Shown one piece after another: positions 60,269 to 64,000 of a stretch of 64,000 bases of DNA. Location: positions 1 to 64,000 of the forward strand of contig CAWFQB010000008.1 in the NCBI GenBank assembly GCA_963817895.1, read 5' to 3'. The DNA comes from an uncultured Chthonomonadaceae bacterium. Lineage in GTDB: Bacteria; Armatimonadota; Chthonomonadetes; Chthonomonadales; Chthonomonadaceae. How positions within the stretch are numbered: position 1 is the first letter of the stretch; each line of letters begins with the position of its first letter. The notes beneath the pieces were generated by a model. The model did not search any database. It was not told the origin of the DNA and saw only the letters and a list, made by a program, of their open reading frames with translations. The position numbers and the translations under genes are program-made.

Positions 60269-60793
60269 GTGACGCAATATCAGCAGACGGTTTCCAATCA
60301 GATGACGTTTACGATTACGGAGCAGGATTACCAGAAGTCCATGATGCTGCACATGAAGCAGAAAAGTCTGCGAACGGCGGCGATTGTGTGCGTCGCTATG
60401 GTGGTCTTTTTCGGCGCTGTCAGCGGCCTTGCCACCGCGCTTACGATGGGCGTGTTTTTCGCGCTGTATCTTGGGTTCCTGATGTGGCTGGTGCGGCGCA
60501 ACATCGGCAAAATCTACCGCAGTATGCCGCAACTGCATGGCGAACAGACCATTCAGTTTAACGAGGAGGGGCTTGTCTGGCACAATTCCTACGCGCTATC
60601 GAAAGTAAAGTGGCAGTTATTCCAGAAGTTCGATGTGGATGAAAATTTGTATCTGCTGTATCAGGCTCCGCACATGTTCAACATGATTCCGCGCAACGCC
60701 TTCCAAAGCGAGGCGCAGGAAGAGGCGTTCCGCATGATGCTGGAAATCAATGTCAAACCCGCCCGCGTTCGCAAACCAAAACGCGCTCGATAG
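60269..60793 (+). CDS. YcxB family membrane protein
   Basis: Two TM segments, then KVKW...LYLLY...MIPRNAF. Confidence 0.75.
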   Translation: MTQYQQTVSNQMTFTITEQDYQKSMMLHMKQKSLRTAAIVCVAMVVFFGAVSGLATALTMGVFFALYLGFLMWLVRRNIGKIYRSMPQLHGEQTIQFNEEGLVWHNSYALSKVKWQLFQKFDVDENLYLLYQAPHMFNMIPRNAFQSEAQEEAFRMMLEINVKPARVRKPKRAR

Positions 60794-60907
60794 TAGGGGC
60801 GCTGCTTGCTGCGCCCTGCATTGATTGCTGCGCCTCGCTTTGATTGTTGCGCCTTGTTTTGAAAATCTCAGCGATATTGAGGAGGGTTCAGCAAGCAGAA
60901 CCCCTAC
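60793..60907. repeat. GTAG-type REP doublet
   Basis: GTAGGGGCGCTGCTTGCTGCGCCC at 60793-60816 and inverted GTAGGGGTTCTGCTTGCTGAACCC at 60884-60907. Confidence 0.85.
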
Positions 60908-60934
60908 AACGCACCCTTCTTTTACACCTTCACG

Positions 60935-61501
60935 ATGTCCCGAATACCTTCCCGACCGGGCCGTAAACGCCCGCCCCAACCGAAAACAAAGCGTTCCGCG
61001 ATGGCGTTGCCAAAAGCGGGTTCCACTTCTCTTGACCCGGAAATGGAAAAGGCCGTCAATCGCCTGTTTCTGCGCCTGATTCGCCGCGTCGCGCTGACGT
61101 GCGCGGTGATGCTGGTAACGGGTTGGCTGGTAACGTGGGCGACGAAATCTTCCCATGCCGCCAGCGCGCCCGTAATTTACTACGCCATTCTGCTCGGCGT
61201 CGCGATTGTGTATCAGCGGGGCGTGGAACAGGTGTTTACGCAGGTGCGGCAGTTGGGCATTGATAAACTGAAGCAGCGGCGATATGCGGATGCCGTGTTC
61301 GCGCTGGACAACTTTCACCGATTGGGCAACATGAACCGTGACCGAACCGGCGAAGCGCACTACTATCTGATGCAGGCATATCAGGGCATGGGGCAGACAG
61401 AGAAAGCCACGGAAATACGCGACTGGCTGCAAAAGCATCGCGTTAAATCGGAGTGGGCAACGCGCGCCATACAGGAAAACCCTGCCGTTTCCACTATCTA
61501 A
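60935..61501 (+). CDS. Hypothetical membrane protein with TPR-like C-terminus
   Basis: Two TM segments; EAHYYLMQAYQGMGQTEKA. Confidence 0.65.
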   Translation: MSRIPSRPGRKRPPQPKTKRSAMALPKAGSTSLDPEMEKAVNRLFLRLIRRVALTCAVMLVTGWLVTWATKSSHAASAPVIYYAILLGVAIVYQRGVEQVFTQVRQLGIDKLKQRRYADAVFALDNFHRLGNMNRDRTGEAHYYLMQAYQGMGQTEKATEIRDWLQKHRVKSEWATRAIQENPAVSTI

Positions 61502-61570
61502 AAGTAGTGACGTCCCTGTTGTCAACAGGGGCGTCTTGCTGCCTGCCATTTCTGCCAATATTCTATCGTT

Positions 61571-62608
61571 CTAATCTGGCAACGCGCCTTTTTGCCGTCG
61601 GGCGCGTCGGGCCAATGTCGCGCCGCTGCAACCTAGAACCAACAGCAGTATCCACGCGCCGGGTTCGGGAACTTGTGTGATACGCAAATCGCTGCCCAGC
61701 GTTTGCCGGATAAAATTTTCCCGTGAGGAGATTTGGGTGGCATAGGAACTGAGCGGAACCGGCAATGTGTCGCTAATCAAATCGGGGCCACCGTAAAAAC
61801 CGCGCGCGTCGAACAGAGCCGCCGTGAACGCTGGCCCGTTGGGAGTGGAACTGATGGCGTCCACAAGGCTGTTGATGCCCGCCAGTTCATAAACGTTCGT
61901 GGCCGGATCAAGCACAAAGGTAGGCCCGCCCGAATCCCCGCCGGAAAAGATGCCCTCATCGGGGTTCAGCAGATTGCCCTGCGCGTCCACTTCGCGATTA
62001 AAGTCGAACGTGAGGATGCCGCCGCCGAATCCATTCGGAGCGCCAATGTCCTGTCCGTTCACGACCATGCCCACCGTATTTGTCTGCCAACTGTGATACG
62101 TCCCGCCAGTCCCATCGAACCACCCCGCAAGCTGGCCGTTGATGGTGACCGCGCCGCCCCGCGTGGTTCCATTCCCCACGCTGACGAGCGGCTGATTGAT
62201 CTCATTGGACTGGAAATACAGCGGAGCGTACACGCTGAACGCGCCCGATCCGCTGATTTTCCAGATCGCCAGATCGTCCTGCGTCGCCGCCAGAGTCACG
62301 CCATAGGAAGTTGATACGGAAGCGCCATTGGCGAAATTGAATTGCCCGCCGCCCGCATTGCCGATGTGGTTGGCGGTCACAAAGTAGTGTGGAGAGATAG
62401 GCGTTCCCAAAAATCCGCCGAAATCGCCAATGTATTGGCCCAGTGAAAAGGGAACCGGATTTTTGTTGGTGCCGGAGTTGTCTATCGCGCCACTCGCATC
62501 GCGTCCGCTCATCACGATCTCGGCACGGACAGGCATGATTGCGCCCATGCCCAAACCGGCAAGCCACAGACCGCAACAAACCAACCGACGATTGTAACGG
62601 ATGCTAAT
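61571..62608 (-). CDS. PEP-CTERM protein with trypsin-like (S1) serine protease motifs; start is ATT 62608 or TTG 62584
   Basis: VTANH, DDLAI, GDSGGP; VPEPGAWILLLVLG...RRARR. Confidence 0.85.
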   Translation of the reverse strand: MSIRYNRRLVCCGLWLAGLGMGAIMPVRAEIVMSGRDASGAIDNSGTNKNPVPFSLGQYIGDFGGFLGTPISPHYFVTANHIGNAGGGQFNFANGASVSTSYGVTLAATQDDLAIWKISGSGAFSVYAPLYFQSNEINQPLVSVGNGTTRGGAVTINGQLAGWFDGTGGTYHSWQTNTVGMVVNGQDIGAPNGFGGGILTFDFNREVDAQGNLLNPDEGIFSGGDSGGPTFVLDPATNVYELAGINSLVDAISSTPNGPAFTAALFDARGFYGGPDLISDTLPVPLSSYATQISSRENFIRQTLGSDLRITQVPEPGAWILLLVLGCSGATLARRARRQKGALPD

Positions 62609-62669
62609 TCTCTTCCTCCTGATTCAGTTACGTATAATGCAGCAAATGTGCAGGCGAACTAACCCGTAG

Positions 62670-63506
62670 TTACCAGCCGGGATAGATGTCTTTGCGGCAG
62701 GAGAACCAGGGGCGTTTGAGCGTGTCGTAGATAACGTGTTTAACATGGCCGTCGCACCACAGGCAGGTCGCGCCGTTGCGGTGCAGCAGATGAAAATGGT
62801 CGCGGTAAGGGCCATCGGGCGGCGTGGTCAGCCAGTTGGGGGATTGAAGAAAGTTACATTCGGGGGCGGGGTTTTCGTGTTCCCACGCCATGAGGGTACT
62901 GGACGGCTGCTGTATCTCCGAGTCGAGCGCGCCGACGAGAATAGTCTGCCCGGTCGCGGGGTCGGTAATCTGTAAACGGAAGGCGGGGCCGAACTCATTT
63001 GCGGACGCTGCGGGATTGACAGCGTAGTAGTCGGAATCGAGATACATGTTGAACGCATTCAGCCCCAGCGCCATTTGCCACGAGTTGGGCGCGTCCGGGC
63101 ATTTCTTAACCTGATCGTTTTTGATGTACGGATCGAGCGAACCGGGATGAATAGTGTGAGTGGCAGGTTGCGTCATATCGCCGCCAATGGGCGATGCGCT
63201 GACCGCGTTGTTGTTGTCGAACCCGATCCAGGGCTGAATGTTGGAGCCGTTCGGCCCCGGCCCCCGCGTATACGCGCCCACCCAGAACTCGTCGTTGTCC
63301 TGACAATACATCCGCGCCGCAAGCCCGATTTGCTTCATGTTACTCGCGCACGACGCCTGCCGCGCCGTTTCCCGCGCCTGCGCGAACACAGGAAACAAAA
63401 TCGCCGCCAGAATGGAGATAATAGCGATAACGACAAGCAGTTCAATCAGGGTGAAAGCGTGGTTTTGGGTGGTTGGTGATTGGTGGTTGGTGGTTGGTGT
63501 GATCAC
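62670..63506 (-). CDS. Prepilin-type N-terminal cleavage/methylation protein (DUF1559, H-X9-DG); start uncertain
   Basis: [45 protein letters not shown]. Confidence 0.9.
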   Translation of the reverse strand: MITPTTNHQSPTTQNHAFTLIELLVVIAIISILAAILFPVFAQARETARQASCASNMKQIGLAARMYCQDNDEFWVGAYTRGPGPNGSNIQPWIGFDNNNAVSASPIGGDMTQPATHTIHPGSLDPYIKNDQVKKCPDAPNSWQMALGLNAFNMYLDSDYYAVNPAASANEFGPAFRLQITDPATGQTILVGALDSEIQQPSSTLMAWEHENPAPECNFLQSPNWLTTPPDGPYRDHFHLLHRNGATCLWCDGHVKHVIYDTLKRPWFSCRKDIYPGW

Positions 63507-63711
63507 GCGATTGTGAGAGGCGGACTGAAGGCGTGAAATCAGATGCTGTTGAAAACGAAATGAGCCAAGCATGAGCATTTTTCCTTGTGCGGGAGGCAAC
63601 GCAAGGGTCAACCGGGAATAGTCAACAAGCAACAGGCAAAAATTTGAGGACACAACATGTTGTGTCCCTACTTTCTTTACCGCTTCTCAATATACCTGCC
63701 TTTATTTGTTT

Positions 63712-64000
63712 TTATTTTCGTTTATTTCGCGTGTTTCGCGGTTTATCTCTCCTCTTCTCCTCTTCTCCTCTTCTCCTTTTCTCCTCTTCTGCCTTTTCCG
63801 CGCGGCGCAGGCGGTTTACGTATTCATGCGCCTGTCGCGTGGTTTCAGGGACGCGCGTATTACCCAGGCAGCGCAGGACAAGCGCAATCGCGCTTTCCAG
63901 ATCAACGCGGTGGCCGACGGAGATGAAGACCGGCGAGGCTTTGCGCCGGGTACGCAGCGCGGCTCCCACGACTTCATTCTTATCCAGCAGGGGCATCCAG
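63712..64000 (-). CDS. nfi: Endonuclease V, 3' part (runs off the window)
   Basis: VGAALRTR...PVFISVGHRVDL...RVPETTRQAH; C-terminus derived from tandem repeats. Confidence 0.88.
   Translation of the reverse strand, partial: WMPLLDKNEVVGAALRTRRKASPVFISVGHRVDLESAIALVLRCLGNTRVPETTRQAHEYVNRLRRAEKAEEEKRRRGEEEKRRDKPRNTRNKRK

Noticed and set aside
4415..63790. Short tandem arrays as CRISPR repeats
   Set aside because: Units are 7-10 nt, contiguous and without unique spacers; no cas genes.
1..64000. tRNA, rRNA or riboswitch (including a cobalamin riboswitch before the BtuF/BtuC-like genes)
   Set aside because: None recognised; the ABC genes directly follow the rluB tail. A covariance-model search would be needed to exclude them.

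Overview
Bacterial window, most likely Armatimonadota (inferred from two DUF1559/H-X9-DG prepilin-like genes, three PEP-CTERM proteins, DUF3866 and MutS2). Housekeeping genes (ugd, serS, moaC, mutS2, beta carbonic anhydrase, Fe/Mn SOD, D-mannonate dehydratase, ROK kinase, D-Ala-D-Ala carboxypeptidase, rluB, iron/cobalamin ABC components, nfi) alternate with accessory tracts. Main observations: (1) About 18 loci carry short tandem repeats of 7-10 nt units, often as inverted pairs at gene junctions and sometimes in frame inside proteins. One pair forms perfect 34-bp terminal inverted repeats around a GxxExxY (PD-(D/E)XK-like) gene, and removing that 508-bp unit precisely restores an in-frame start for the downstream gene. 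This is a candidate undescribed mobile or excisable element family. (2) A 3.2-kb island at 15180-18394 is bounded by two diverged copies of the DUF3866 3' end. It holds two integron attC sites with no integrase in the window, each followed by the same 124-bp segment, plus an internally deleted ISAs1. (3) GTAG-type REP and REP-doublet elements. (4) Sigma-54-type promoters and secreted-protein clusters. About 11 single-base frameshifts, mostly in short homopolymers, look like long-read consensus errors rather than real pseudogenes. Family assignments are from motif recognition only; no searches were run.
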